Source of the DNA: Chiloscyllium plagiosum
Taxonomy: Eukaryota
NCBI RefSeq assembly: GCF_004010195.1
Contig: NC_057711.1
Location: 77,598,925-77,662,924 of the forward strand
Length of the DNA stretch: 64,000 nucleotides
Direction of reading: 5' to 3'
Shown: one piece after another, positions 11,794 to 26,719 of the stretch
Position numbering within the stretch: the first letter of the stretch is position 1
Layout: every line of letters starts with the position of its first letter
Translations under genes and position numbers: made by a program
The notes under the pieces: generated by a model
Database searches by the model: none
Told to the model about the DNA's origin: nothing
Seen by the model: only the letters and a program-made list of their open reading frames with translations

Positions 11794-14744
11794 ATAGAGG
11801 GGGGGAGGGGACAAACTGGAAGTTTAAGAAGGAAGTTAAAGGGAAAGTTAGAACAAGGGAAGTCAAGAAAGACAACGGAATCAATGGAGCAGAAAACTCA
11901 AAAAAGGATCATGCCGTAAGGTCAAGTGAAATAGGGATTGATAGGAAGGGTGAGGGGAGTAACAAATTAAAAATATTATACATGAATGCACGAAGCATTA
12001 GAAATAAGGTGGATGAACTTGAGGCTCATTTGGAAATTGGCAGTTACAATGTTGTGGGGATAACTGAGACGTGGCTTCAAGTGGACAGGGCCTGGGAAAT
12101 GAATATTCAAGGCTATACGTGCTATCGTAAGGACAGACTGACGGGCAGAGGGGATGGGGTGGCCCTGTTGGTAAGAAATGATATTCAGGCCCTTGCGCGG
12201 GGGGATCTAGAATCGGGGGATGTAGAGTCAGTATGGATAGAGCTGAGAAATTCTAAGGGTAGAAAGACCCTAATGGGAGTTATCTACAGGCCCCCAAACA
12301 GTAGCCTGGATGTAGTGTATAAATTGAATAAGGAGCTGAAATTGGCCTGTCGCAAAGATATTACTTCAGTTGTTATGGGGGATTTCAACATGCAGGTAGA
12401 CTGGGAGGATCAGGATGGTACTGGACCCCAAGAAAGGGAGTTTGTGGAGTGCCTCTGAGATGGATTCTTAGAACAGCTTGTGCTGGAGACCAGGGAGAAG
12501 GCAATTCTGGATCTGGTGTTGTGCAATGAACCGGATTTGATCAAGGATCTTGAAGTAAAGGAGACATTAGGGGGTAGTGACCACAATACAATAAGCTTTA
12601 ATCTGCAGTTTGAAAGGGAGAGGGTAGAATCGGAAGTGATAATATTTCAGTTGAATAAGGGGAACTATGAGGGAGGAGCTGGCCAAAGTTCAATGGTGCA
12701 ATACCTTAGCAGGGATGGCAGTGGAACAACAATGGCAGGTATTTCTGGGTATAACGCAGAAGATGCAGGATCAGTTCATTCCAAAAAGGAAGAAAGATCC
12801 TAAGGAAGGCAAGGGTGGCTGACGAGGGAGGTTAAAGACGATATAAAGACAAAAGGGAAGAAGTATAACATAGCAAAGATGAGTGGGAAATCGGAGGACT
12901 GGGAAGCTTTTAAAGAACAACAAAGGATAACTAAAAAGGTAATATGCAAGGAAAAAATGAAGTACGAAGGTAAACTGGCCAAAAATATAAAGGAGGATAG
13001 TAAAGGCTTTTTTACGTATGTGAAAAAAAAAATGGTTAAGACTAAAATTGGGCCCTTGAAGACAAAAACGGGTGAATTTATTACGGGGAACAAAGAAATG
13101 GCAGAAGAGTTGAATTGGTACTTTAGATCTGTCTTCACTGGGGAAGACACGAGCAATCTCCCAGGTGTAATAGTGGCTGAAGGACCTGAACTAAAGGGAA
13201 TTTATATTAGGCAGGAAATGGTGTTTAAGAGACTGTTAGGTCTGAAGGCTGATAAGTCCCCAGGACCTGATGGTCTACATCCCAGGGTACTGAAGGAGGT
13301 GGCTCTAGAAATCGTGGATGCGTTGGTGATCATTTTCCAATGTTCTATAGATTCAGGATCAGTTCCTGTGGATTGGAGGGTGGCTAATGTTGTCCCACTT
13401 TTTAAGAAAGGAGGGAGAGAGAAACCAAAGAATTATAGGCCAGTTAGTCTGACCTCAGTGTTGGGAAAAATGCTGGAGTCAATTATAAAGGACGAAATTA
13501 CGACACATCTGGATAACAGTAACAGGATTGGTCAGAGTCAGCATGGATTTATGAAGGGGAAATCATGCTTGACTAATCTTCTGGAATTTTTTGAGGATGT
13601 AACTCTGAAGCTAGTCAAGGGAGATCCAGTGGATGTAGTATACCTGGACTTTCAGAAAGCCTTTGATAAAGTCCCACATAGGAGGTTAGTGAGCAAAATT
13701 AGGGCGCATAGTATTGGGGGCAAAATACTGACATGGATTGAAAATTGGTTGGTTGACAGGAAACAAACAGTAGTGATAAATGGCTCCGTTTCGGAATGGC
13801 AGGTGGTGACCAGTCGTGGGCCGCAGGGATCGGTGCTGGGACCGCAGCTTTTTACAATGCACATTAATGATATAGATGAAGGTATTAAAAGTATTATTAA
13901 CAAATTTGCTGATGACACAAAGCTGGGTGGCAGGGTGAAATGTGAGGAGGATGTTAGGAGAATGCAGGGTATCCTTGACAGGCTAGGTGAGCGGACAGAT
14001 GCATGGCAAATGCAGTTTAATGTGGATAAATGGGTGGTTACCAACTTTGGTGGTAAGAACAGGAAGGCAGATTACTACCTAAATGGAGTCAAGTTAGGTA
14101 AAGGGGCAGTAAAATGAGATCGAGGTGTTCTTGTACATCAGTCAATGAAAGCAAGCATGCAGGTACAGCAGGCAGTGAAGAGACCTAATAGCATGCTGAC
14201 CTTCATAACAAGAGGAATTGAATATAAAAGCAAAGAGGTCCTTCTGCAGCTGTACAGGGCCCTGGTGAGACCGCACCTGGAATATTGTGCGCAGTTTTGG
14301 TCTCCAAATTTGAGGAAAGACATTCTGGCTATTGAGGGAGTGCAGCGTAGGTTCACAAGGTCAATTCCCAGAATGGCGGGATTATCTAACGCTCAAAGAT
14401 TGGAGCGACTGGGCTTGTATACACTTGAGTTTAGAAGGCTGAGAGGGGATTTGATCGAGACATATAAGATTATTAAAGGATTGGACACTCTGGAGGCAGG
14501 AAGCATGTTTCCGCTGATGGGTGAGTCCCAAATCAGAGCACACAGTTTAAAAATAAGGGGTAGGCCACTTAGGACAGAGTTGAGGAGAAACTTCTTCACC
14601 CAGAGAATGGTGGGTGTGTGGAATGCTCTGCCCCAGAAGGCTGTGGAGGCAAAGTCTCTGGATACTTTCAAGAAAGAGTTGGATAGAGCTCTTAAGGATA
14701 GTGGAATAAAGGGTTATGGGGATAAGGCAGGAACAGGATACTGA
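11781..14744 (+). pseudogene. CR1 ORF2 (APE endonuclease + reverse transcriptase)
   Basis: YMNARSI, GITETW, MGDFN, SDH, NYRPVSLTS, YLDFQKAFDKV, PQGSVLGP, FADD; split over four ORF pieces. Confidence 0.95.
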
Positions 14745-16335
14745 TTGAGGATGATCAGCCATGATCATAATGAATGGTGGTGCTGGCTCGAAGGGCAAAA
14801 TGGCCTACTCCTGCATCTATTGTCTATTGTCTATTGAAAACCCCAAATGCCTGCTGAGTGCATGCCTATGCTTTGCTAGGCCATGGGAACAATATAGAAA
14901 TACACACTGCCAATGACATGAGACAAAGGATGTGCAGGTGGAAACCAGCATTGTTGCCTCTGGGAAAAATGCTCCACTCCTTTAGTTTGGACAACCATGT
15001 CACTAAGTGGTGTAAAGAGACTGCAGAAAAGTATTATGCAATGCCAGTGAAAATATATTTACAGAAATGCACGCTACATACATTGCCTGATCACTTATGT
15101 AATCTGTTTGCCCTCACAAGGTCTTTTGAGCCTAATACTACAACTACATGCTGCCTCAACATCCACAATTAAGGTGGAGGTAGCCAGCTTTGATAGCTTT
15201 GGCAAGCTTTCTCGAGTATGGAGCTTGACTTGCTGGAGGTGTTGGAGGCACTGGGGTCACTGGCAGAGTGAGGTGGAGAGGAAGGACACCTCTGCGATGT
15301 CCTGTTGTGAATTGCTGGAGTAGTTCGATGGTGATTCTCCTCCCTGAAGATACTGAATATCACTTGCATGTCTCAGGTAAATAGTCACATGGATGGAGGT
15401 TGGACTGCCTCTTCCATCTCTTGGCACTGATACTGTTCACCCATAGTTACAGTGACTGTTTGCAGGTCTGAGAGAATGTCCAGCAGCCACTACATGTTCC
15501 ACTGGACGGGTCCAAGGTGGACACACAGATAAGCAGGCATGCTGGAGCAATGACAGTAAACAGAACTTGTATACCCTCGTACCTTTCACTGTGTGTGTCA
15601 GTTACGTCTGAGTACAAAGTATGCCATTTGCTTAGAGGTCAGTAAATGTCTGGTCTCCAGCAATCATCAAACTGTCAGAGATCTTGGGCTTTACCTTCTC
15701 ACCATCTGTGGACCAATGATGTGTTCACCAGATTCTGACCTTCAGTCTCCTGAAGATAATGTACCCATTGAGGTGAGTGTCTCTGCACTGGTGATGGGTG
15801 CAGGTGAACACCATTCGGCTGCAGCCTTTGATTGTGGTGATACATCATCTTCAGAGATGGTTGTGCTGCTCAGGGGAGGTTGTAGCCTCTTGTGCTCCTT
15901 TGCCCTCTGGTTGTTACCAGGATCTGGAGTGGATAATATAAATAATTAGCTGCTAACATAAACAGTTCCTTATTCAAATAATCACCAACACTACACATTT
16001 GATAACACCAGACTGAAGACTTCCACACTGGCTTTCTGATACAGACCTGTCTGTCCATACAGAGCATAATCATGGTGCAAGCTCGCCTACTCTTTGAAAG
16101 GGGTGATGTTCTAAATATCCAGCTCCCCTCCTTAGGCTTACCCATGTTGACTGCAAGAGTTTGTTCATCATCTTCCTGGATCTAGGTTGTCTGCAGAATT
16201 TCAGATACTAGGTCGAGACTGGATGCATCAGGGCTAAACTTAATTTCAAATCTTTCCAATGCATTCCAGCTGAATTAGAATGAGCATGGCCTGAAGTCAG
16301 ACTATTCTAATCTCCAGTTTCTCTGCACTGTGTTA

Positions 16336-16658
16336 GGGTGGCATGGTGGCTCAGTGGTTTGCACTGCTGCCTCACAGCACCAGGAATCCAGGTTTGATTC
16401 CAGCCTTGGGCGACTGTCTGTGTAGAATTTGCACATTCTCCCAGTGTCTGCGTGGGCATCTCTGGGTACTCCAGTTTCCTCCCACAGTTCAAAGATGTGC
16501 AGGATAGGTGAATTGACCAAGCTAAGTTGCCCATAGTGCTTAGGGATGTGTAGGTCAGGGGTAAATGAGGGTAATAGGGACAGGGAATGAGTCTGGGTAG
16601 GTTACTGTGGATGTGTTGGGCCAAATGGCCCGTTTTCTACACTGCAGGGATTCTATGA
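16336..16658 (+). mobile_element. HE1-type V-SINE
   Basis: tRNA-like head tggctcagtgg...ggtttgattcc, V-domain tttgcacattctccc..gtgtctgcgtggg..tttcctcccacag, CR1-like tail. Confidence 0.85.
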
Positions 16659-17689
16659 AGTCTGTATTCTAAGATTATTTGACTTTGAATCAGTGATGGC
16701 ATGCCTAATGATGTTCAGAATCATCTAGCACCTGTTGAAGACCATAAAAGAGCTTGATTTAGGGATTCTAGAGATCATTGTAAGACAAGATACCTGACTA
16801 TTTTGTTTAATATTACTGCTAAGATCAAAATATTCTCCAAGTTGTTCATAAGTAGAAAAAAAATCCAAGATCAGAATTTTTATTTCACAGCATAGTAACA
16901 GACCCATACTTCATATCATCTATATTTCACTTCCCTTTTGGTTTGTAACATTCAACATTATGCATTTGTAAGATATCATTATAAAAAGCTACATTATCTC
17001 TGCAGGAAACCATGATCATTTTAATGATATAGATGTAGAAAGTGTTTTTTTTTTAAGAGTTAAATTATTTTTAATATATGTATTTGTCTCATAACATTCA
17101 CATTAAAATTTATTTCTGTGCTATAACACATGAAGCTAAATAGTTGTCAAGTCTCTGACCAATATCTCTCCTCACTATTAATCTACTCCTCAGATTTACA
17201 ACATAACGTATGTTGCACTCAAGTATAATCAATTATTGTCTGATTCCATGAATGAATCTGGAGTTCTGCAAATAACCATTTTATATTATACACACTTTAT
17301 CAGGAATATTTATTTCAGTCACATTTAGTAATTAACATATAAAAATACATTAATGAAATTATGTATAAGAAATGACATACATCAGACATTGTAGAATGTG
17401 CAAGGTCAAATGACTTAAAAGTTCAGATGTAAGTAAGTCTCTGTGGTTATTCAGATAACAAATTCTCCAAATATATCTTTTGTTAAATAAAACAAATAGT
17501 GAAAACTTTAAAAAAATCCAAGTTGAAGAATGAACAATGGAAATATTACAGTTAATTTCCTTATACCAGTGTAGATCAATTCAGAATAGTTAGGAATTGG
17601 TGCAAAAGGTAAAGCATTTCAAATATTCAAATTGACATGGTGGGATTATTTGTATTGTTATTTACATCTTTATCTAAATAGATAAGGAA

Positions 17690-18203
17690 TGTGGGTGGAT
17701 GTGTAGACCACCTTATGTGCTAGTGGAAAGCATTGAGACTGTCATTCATCTCCTACTGGAACATGTCTTTGCAAAGGAAGTCTTGAGAAGGATGCAATAG
17801 TTTTTAATCAAGGTTCATCCCTCGCCCTCTGTGACATGGGACTCTACGCTCTATGGCCTGTTCTGCTGGATGCACACTGAGACAAACATTGCCTATGCCT
17901 GGAGGACCATCACCAAAGCTGCATTTTGGTCTGCCTGAAACTTGTTGGTCTTGCTGCCACCAAGGAGCAGCGGGGAAGGACCACCAGGTCTTCCTGCTCA
18001 AGTTAAATGAGGGTCCGTTCAATTATTGGACTCTCCTAGTGCCTCAATACATGTAAACATAGTCTTTGGTTGTTGGGCTAGAGTTAAAATCAAATGTTTG
18101 TTTGTTTACTTGATATGAAACTGTACAGAACAGAACTGCACTTGTGACTATGTATAAATACAAAGATCTTTTATGAATAAAGTATATTTTTGAAATAAAA
18201 AAA
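17690..18203 (+). mobile_element. L1/Tx1-clade LINE 3' fragment
   Basis: ETVIHLLLE..AKEV, SVTWDSTLYGLF...HTETNI..AWRTI; ends with aataaa and an A-rich tail. Confidence 0.7.
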
Positions 18204-19663
18204 GTCAAAGGATGTAATTATCAAAATACTTTTAGCCTTTATCAAAGCTGCAGGAGTATAAAAAGGTAGGCCATCAATAATAGCTACTATTTTCCTTTGT
18301 GCTTGGTGTAACTACAATGAATGGAGCATTTTCCCCCTCATTTCCATTGGTTCTACTTTTGCTAGGGTTCCTTGATGACACAATTCAATTGCTGACCTGG
18401 TGCTAAAGCAGTCAACCTCATCTCCCACTTGGATTGCTAATTCATTTCTCTACTTTGTACAACCAAAACTATAATGCTTTCTGGAGCTGTGTGGCACAGA
18501 ACCTAAACTAAGCATCATGGCAGGTTATTGCTATTGCACCATCTAATACCACTGTTAACTAGACCTTTCATCACTTTATTTTGCTGGTGGTTCAAAGTAA
18601 TCAGTCAGATTGGAATATGTTTTCTATTTATGGATTGAACATTCCCCACAGAGTCAATGAAACTGTCCACACAAAAGCAGGTTATTTTGCCCATCATTTC
18701 CATGCTAGAAAAATCATTCAATTTAATCCCACTATTCTGCCTTTTCTTCATAGTTCTGCAATTATTTCATTTCAGATATTTATCCAGTTCTCCTTTGAAG
18801 GCCATGAATGCATCTACATCCACCACAGTCTTGGGCAAATATTCTAGATTCTAACCTTGCTCTGTATAACAGGATTTCCCTGCTGTCAGTGTTTTTTCCT
18901 TTGTCATTCACCTTAAGTCAGTGCCCCTTGTTTCACCACCCATTCTAAACATGAGCATTTCTCCATTCCTAATCTGTCCAAGTCCATCAGTATTGTGAAA
19001 TCTATCAAAACTGACTGTAATCCTCTCTTTTCCCTTCATTGCATCAGCTTGTTCAATCTACCCTCGGAAATGTTCGACAATGACAGGTAGACATCCCTTG
19101 CAAGCCTGCTGAAACAGTTTGATTGGGGGTCATGGCTAGTTCATGTCTTCTGCTATTTAACTGCTCTGCTATTTCCTTTTTCTTCAGTGGTCTACACCCT
19201 CAGCCTTAAAGTGTGTGTTAGTACCCAAACTAACCCTAACCCATCAACCTCACAAATTTCGTACATTACCAACTTCCCAACCAAGCTGTGAATGTGACTA
19301 CACCTGCCTATCTTTTCATACAAGATCTAAAGCCCCAACTCCAGTTCCCCCTTATTCTTTGTGATTCGACCCAATGGAATGATTATGGCCCACCCCCTCA
19401 ATCAAACTAATCAGCCAGCGCAGATGGAGACCTGCCCAGACCCTTGACTGGTAGCTATACATGTCCATGGCTGGGACATTTCTGCCTCTATAGACTGGTC
19501 TCAATAGAGACAAAGGACAGATCATGACCCACTCCCTTGAGCATTGAGACACAGATCCCTGGATGCCTGATCTTGACCAAAGGAGTGGTATAGGAAGTTG
19601 CCCTTGTGTAACCATGCCAAGTGCCCTGATAGACAGTGTCTCCATGGACTTCACTGGGGAATA

Positions 19664-19837
19664 CAGAAGAACCTCAATTATCTGGCATTCAGTTATCCAA
19701 ATATTGGATTATCTGGCAAAATCTAAAGGTCTCGATGTTTGGCTAAACATTGTTAACCGGCATTCAATTATCAAGAATTCGATTAACTGAACAAAATACC
19801 TCCCACTTATGTCCTTCGGACAATGGAGGTTCCTCTG
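19664..19837. mobile_element. Tc1/mariner (Tigger/pogo-like) MITE
   Basis: TA-flanked; TIRs cagaagaacctcaattatctg and cggacaatggaggttcctctg. Confidence 0.75.
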
Positions 19838-20639
19838 TACTCCCTTAAGGTTTTGAGACATAGCTGACTGTTTGCTGCAGATGTAATGTGTTTAGTGTGA
19901 ATGCTGCTGCCATGCAGTTCACGTGTGACACTGATGTTGTACACTGCAGTGCAATAACATGTATGTGTCCTTGTTTCAGGACTGTCAAGCAGCATGGCCA
20001 GCGATCTGATTGTGTGTCAATTGCTTTGGCAAGTCAATGCATGCATGCTGTGACATCGTGCCAGATTAATGCTGCGAAGAGTGTGACTGAGCAGCCAGGT
20101 AGGCAGCTTGGTCCAAGCCAATGGGCTGGTTGTTGTCTCCAGTGTGTAACTGCCCCTGATGCAGCTGGGCACTGCTGATTGCTTGTGTTTCCTATGCAAG
20201 TCTGTGTTTCCAAGGCATACTGCCACCAGATTGGAGAGATGTCAGTATGGTGACAAGGGCTCACTGAATGTAACATGCCAATGCCTGGGGGTGAAGGGTA
20301 TATGTGGCCTGTAACTATGAGGTTGGTAGGATGAGCACCAGGATTGGAGTGATAATGTATGGGGGCTCACCTACGCATTCAGGCTGAGGCTGATAGTACT
20401 GAGTTGCAATATAGTTGTGGACAACATGACATCATTATGAGGAAGCAGTGAGTTTAATATGCCAGACACCTGCTCCGGTTTCCATGTTTAGCAAAAGGTA
20501 ACTTTATTGGGTGAGATAAGATTTGAAGCAAAATATTAATAAGAAGCATAATAAGTATCAATTGGCAACTTGCCATTGCCCAACCAAAATCTCACCAAAT
20601 ATGAAAAGCTTACAAAATAGAATAATGATTTTGGTTTCA

Positions 20640-21750
20640 AGATTATCCTCACTGGATTATTGTTCAACTTTATAACATGCCTTACCTTCGTCCATGCCGT
20701 TCAGACTCATTTTTTTCTATATCCAGAAGTGCTATTACAGTCAGACTTTTATAAGAATCATCCATTACTTTTCCCCTCTTAATCAGCTGCTTTGTCTGCC
20801 TTTGCTGAATTCTCAATTGCTCCCAATCCCTGCCCCAGCCCCCTCGGCGGCGGGGTAGGGCAATGGGTTTGGGGTGGTGGTTACTACTTTGCAACCAAAA
20901 TTTAAATGCTGCCTGTTTGCATCTAATATTATTCTTAATTTTTTTGTTAACCATGGTTTTCCTGTAGTGTTCTTTACCCCAAAAGGAATGTATAATTGAT
21001 GCAATGTATGCATTCTTCCTTAAACATTAACATCGCCTATATATTGTCATATCATTTAATGAAGGTATCCAATCTATCACTCCTATATGTAAATTCCTTT
21101 GTTTTGATTTAGAATTCTCATTTCAGATTGACTATTTCATTTTCTATCCTAAAGAATCCTGTCATGTATTGATCAGTTTTTTCCTGAAGCACCTCTCACA
21201 AGAGTATTAATCAAAATGTTTTCATTGCATGAAACCAAATCTAGAATAGCCCCTGAATTGGTTCCTCAATGTACCAGTCAAAACATCCATGCTTGTAAAC
21301 ATCCCAGGAATTCATTCAACACAATTTTATTGCTAATGTGATTTATCCAGTTTTAATGTTGGTTAAAATAATCTATGATTACTGCTGCAACTAATTTCAT
21401 AAATATCTAATTTCCTGTTTATGTCATCCCGACCACATCACTACTGTTTGGAAGCCTGTAGACAACTCTCAGTATATTGTTTCCAACCATTGTTGCTTCT
21501 TAGCTCCGCCCATACTGATTCCAGTTTTAGATCGTCTTACCTACCTAGTGGTCACCCATTCCCTTTCTGCCTTTGTACTCTTTACCCGTAGTGCGACCAC
21601 CTCACTGCACCTGCTATCCACAAAGCTCTCAAGTATTGTGGATACATCACTGTGACTCCAGTTGTTGCTCCAGATATGAAACAAAAATTTATAGTAGCTG
21701 CACTGGATACACTTCCTGTACATGTGATCACTCTGGAGAATAGAAGTATT
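20640..21750 (-). mobile_element. Old degraded CR1 fragment (ORF1/ORF2 region)
   Basis: Minus-strand PWLTKK, WEQLRIQQRQTKQLIKR and a Cys-rich ORF1-like segment (MYRKCIQC). Confidence 0.55.
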
Positions 21751-23849
21751 AACATTCATCCAGAGCTGCCTTGCATCACTTATTACTTCCACTAGTTTAA
21801 CAAATGTTATATACCACTATCCTTACTTTGTTTCTTATGCTCTTATTGTTCTTAATCTAAGCTAAAGACCAGTTTTTATTTTAAAGACTGGACACTACAA
21901 AAACTTACATGGTCCGGCTTATTGAGGCCATCTATCAGGCGGTGATGATTCCTAATCCCACCTTTGGTTTTTCCTGCAATGTCACACTTGAATATTTTCA
22001 AAACTTAACCTTTTTATGTAGCTTTTCAACTTCTGGTATCCTTGGGATTGTTTTCCAGTATTTGAGTTGTTTTGTTTCCCGAACCTGAAAATCTTCACCA
22101 ACTAGTACCCTCCTTTAAGCCTCCCTGATCTCATGCTGATTCTTATTATAGCATTTACTTTCTTTTTTTTGCCTTCATATATTTTATTAACTTCATCACC
22201 AATTTGTATCCTTTGTTGAAATATAAGAATAGAAAAGACCTTAACCACTTAACGAAGACTCAATACATACCTCACTTTGTCTGCACTTCAGTAAGAACCA
22301 ATTAAAATCAGCTTTAATTAATTAACTGTGTCTGACTGCCTGCTACTGGGTCCTTACCTCACCCACTCCTTTCAGTGTTGTTAACTGCCTGTTTGGAGAC
22401 TTCACCTCACTTGTCCTGCTCAGTAATTCTGACCGCCAGCTTTGGGATCCTCACCTCACCTTCTTCTTTTAGTAATGCTTTCTACTTCTTTTGGGTTCCT
22501 CAATTTGCATGCTTCCTTTGCCCATTTTTGGCCTAATGCTGTGAGAATTCATGGTGACTGTAGTAATATTTGACACTCCAAGGGCCACTCCCTTCCAATT
22601 GTATACTATTGTGCTGTCAAGCTAGTGGGTCTGTTCCGTTAATGGGATAACACATATTCAGGGCTGGTGATGGTCATGTCTGGGACATGGCCTCTGACGT
22701 GTCTTTCAGAGTATTTGATAACATCAGGCTGTTGCTTTCCTTATTTATGGAACCACTCCCCCAATTTTGGCAGAAAGCTCCAGATGCTTGTGATTTGCAG
22801 GGACAATTAGTTTGAGTATGTCTTTGTCAATGCCAGGCAATTTGTACAGTTTCATTCTTTTTTAACCTTTTGGTAGGGGTTTGATGTAACTAATTGGCTT
22901 CCATAGCCACATAATACGGCAGGATGGTAAATTTCCTACCCTGAAAGACTTTAGCCAACAAGATGATTTTTTTTTGCCAGTGTAGTAGTTTTCTGATTAC
23001 TGATGTAAATAACAGCATTATTTATTCATATTTATTACCTAATTGAATATAAATTATCCCAGCTACTATGATGAGAACTGAACTCGTGACACCAGAGTAT
23101 TAGTTCAGGCTGATAGATCATCATTTCAGTAACATTATCATGGTGTGACCATCCCCTACCATAAGGGCAGGAATAAGGGAATGTAATGGGTTAAGAAGGT
23201 GGGGAAAGCATGAATGCTTCGTAATGGCACAACAGCTATATATTCTCTGCATTTCCTATCTTAAATGTAGCCTACAGATGTTCGTGACTCCTTTTTCTCT
23301 ATGCAGAAAGATAGCATAATTACTTTCCATGTAAAACATCAATATTCCATGAAAAAAGTGCTCTTTATTTATTTGCAAACAATGTCAAAATATTTCTCAT
23401 GAATGCTGATTTAAAACAATTCAGTGAGTACTTAATTTAGCTATTCCAATATTATATGAAGGGTCTTCGTCTCCACAAGGACTGCATATTGGTTATTGCT
23501 AATGAGGATACTGTCATGAAATGCATTATCTTGTGCTTTAAGCCAATGCTGTTTTCTGCACATTGAGATACAGGTCTGGAGTATCATAGGCTATGTACTG
23601 TCCCTGAGGTTGCTTGCTCTTTGTTGCTAAGTAAGGCTCTTCAACTCCTCATATATCATAAAACTTCTGTATTTACATGTGTACACAGTATGTTATTAAG
23701 TACAGATTTCTAATGCATTGTCTAGAACCTCTCTTCACACGCACATTCTAGACAGGTACCTTCTCTCTTACTGATGTCAGAGTCATGTTATATCATCATT
23801 ATCGGCATGCATCTTATTATATCCGAAGAAGATCCATTTGTATAGGAGC

Positions 23850-25705
23850 ATAGACTCATAGAGTTGTATAGCACAGACAGAGACCCTTTGGTCCAACTTG
23901 TCCATGCTAACAGATATCTTAAATTAATCCAGTCCCATTTGCCAGCAGTTGGCCCATATCCCTCACAATCCTTCCTATTCATATACCTATCCAGATGCCT
24001 TTCAAATGTTGTCATTGTAACAGTCTCCACCACTTCCTTTGGCAACTCATTCCATACATGCACCACCCTTTGCATCAAAAGGTTGCCCCTTAGGTCCCTT
24101 TCAAATCTTTCCTCTCTCACCTAAACCTATGCCTTCTCATTCAAGGAAAAGACCCTATTTATGCCCCTCATGATTTTATAAACCTCTATAAGGTCATCCC
24201 TCAGCCTCCCACGCTCCAAGGAAAACAGCCCCAACCTATTCAGCCTCTCCCTGTAGCTCAAATCCTCCAACCCTTGCAACATCCTTGTAAATCTTTAGTG
24301 AACCCTTTCAAGTTTCACAATATCCTTTCTATATGAGGGAGACCAGAATTGCTCACAATATTCCAAAAGTGGCCTAAACAATTTCCTGTGTAGCTGCAAC
24401 GTTACCTCCCAAATCCTACATTCAATGCTCTGACCAGTAAAGGAAATCATACCACTCACCTTCCTCACTACCTATCTACCTGCGACTCCACTTTCAAGGA
24501 GCTATGAACCTGCACTCCAAGGTCTCTTTGTTCAGCAACATACCCCAGGACCTTACCATTAAGTGTATAAGTCCTGCTCTGATTTGTCTTTCCAAACTGC
24601 AGCACCTCACGTTTATCTAAATTAAACTCCATCTGCCACTCCTCAGCCCATGGCCCAAATGATCAAGATCCCATTGTACGTAAGGTAACCTTTTTTGCTG
24701 TCCACCACACCTCCAATTTTGGTGTCATCTACAAACTTCCTAACTTTCCCTCTTATGTTCACATCCAAATCAATAATATAAATGACAAAAAGCAATGGAA
24801 CCAGCACCGATCCTTGTGGCACACAACTGGTCACCGGACTCCAGTCTCAAAGGCAATTCTCCACCACCACCTTCTATCTTCTACCTTTGAGCTAGTTCTG
24901 TATTAAAATGGTTAGTTCTTCCTGTATTCCATGTGGTCTAGCCTTGCTAACTAGTCTACCATGAGAAACCTTGTTGAATGCCTTACTGAAGTCTATATAG
25001 ATCTCGCCCACTGCTCTGCCCTCATCAATCCTCTTCATTACTTCTTCAAAAAACTCAATCAAGTTCATGAGACATGATTTCTCATGCATAAAGTCATGTT
25101 GACCATTCTTAATCAGTCCTTCCCTTTCCAAATACATGTACATCCTGTCCCTCAGGATTCCCTCCAACAACTTACCCACCACCAATGTCAAGCTCACTGG
25201 TCTATAGTTCCCTGGCTTTTCCTTATCACCTTTCTTAAATAGTGGCATCACTTTCGCCAACCTCCAGTCTTCCAGCACCATGCCTGTGACTATCGATGAT
25301 ACAAATGTCTCAGCAATGGGCCCAGCAATCATTTTCCGAGCTTCCCACAGAGTTCGAGTGTACACATGAACAGGTCCTGGGGATTTATCCACCTTCATGC
25401 ATTTTAAGACCATCCAGCACAACCTCTGTAATATGGAGATTTTTCAAGATGTCACCATCTATTTCCCCACGTTTTATGTCTTCCATGTCCTTCTCCACAG
25501 CAAACACTGCTGCAAAATACTCATTTAGTTACTCCCCCATCTTCTATGGTTCCACACAGAGGCTGCCTTGCTGATCTTTGAGGGGCTCTATTTACCCTTT
25601 TGTCCTTAATGTATTTATAGAATCCCTTTAGGTTCTCCTTAACCCTATTTGCCAAAGCTATCTCACACCCCCTTTTTATCCTCCTGATTTCCCTCTTAAG
25701 TATTT
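23850..25705 (-). mobile_element. CR1 (HER1-like) LINE, 5'-truncated
   Basis: RT motifs GNYRPVSLT, IDFSKAFNKV, PQGSVL, FVDDTKIGG; RVVHVWNELP; catagactcatagag tail. Confidence 0.9.
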
Positions 25706-25714
25706 TTCAAACTA

Positions 25715-25929
25715 CAGGGGTCCTTGATTTATGAATGTTTGACTTAAGAAATTACATATGTAAAAATTTAATTCCATACTGGAGTGTAATTTTAAAGATC
25801 CAACATATGAACATTTGTTGTACTTATGAAGAGGTACTTTATGTGTCCTGCATTGGGTTCTGACTTATGTATAAATTGACTTGTGAATGGACTCAAGAAT
25901 GGAACCCATTCACAACCTGTGTCTGCGTG
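25715..25929. mobile_element. Degenerate Tigger-like MITE
   Basis: Starts TA-CAGGGGTCC, contains repeated gactta motifs, degenerate right TIR. Confidence 0.5.
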
Positions 25930-25956
25930 CACATCAATTACCCAGGGAAAGTTAAT

Positions 25957-26183
25957 TAGGCAAAAGTGAGGACTGCAGATGCTGGAAACCAGACTCTAGA
26001 TTAGAGTGGTGCTGGAAAAGCACAGCAGGTCAGGCAGCATCCGAGGAGCAGGAAAATCAACGTTTCGGGCAAATGCCCTTCATCAGAAACCTGATGAAGG
26101 GCTTTTGCCCAAAACGTCGATTTTCCTGCTCTCGGATGCTGCCTGACCTACTGTGCTTTTCCAGGACCACTCTAATCTAGACA
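25957..26183. mobile_element. Family A fold-back element with two back-to-back hammerhead motifs
   Basis: TSD cagggaaagttaat at 25943-25956 and 26184-26197; minus HHR 26055-26086 (GUU triplet); plus HHR 26091-26118 with GAAA>AAAA. Confidence 0.85.
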
Positions 26184-26719
26184 CAGGGAAAGTTAATGCC
26201 ATATGCTGTTACATTTATGGCCATCAAAGGTTTCTCAATAACTTTGATGAAAAACATGCTATGAGTATCAACTGATAGCACTATCTGCTTTGGGGAATTT
26301 CCATAAATTTGTGTGGCGCTATGCAAATATATTTTTCTTATTAATGTTTACATTTTGAAAAATCTTTGTCTTTACTGAAGGTGTTAATCAATTTATTTTT
26401 AATGAGATTTTATTTAATGAGATTAAAATTGCAAATGGAAATAATTTAAAATGAATATTGCATTTCTACAATATATATTAAAATTGTAATTTTAAAGCCT
26501 ATTCTGAATCATTGTAATATTCTCACTAATTGATCAGCACCAATATCCTCTTAATCCAGTTTCTTGATAAATTATTCTTGGAGAAGTTCAATAAATATTA
26601 TGTACATTGCAGAGCATAACAGTTTTGCGCTCATCATGCCTGCGATATTTGATGCCTTATCCAGATAAAGTTAAAAATCACACAACACCAGCTCATAGTC
26701 CAACAGGTTTAATTGGAAG

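Larger units (their letters stand above)
10590..14836 (+). mobile_element. Near-full-length CR1 LINE, disabled
   Basis: 5' UTR, ORF1, ORF2 and (CTATTGT)n tail in order; several stops and frameshifts. Confidence 0.95.
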
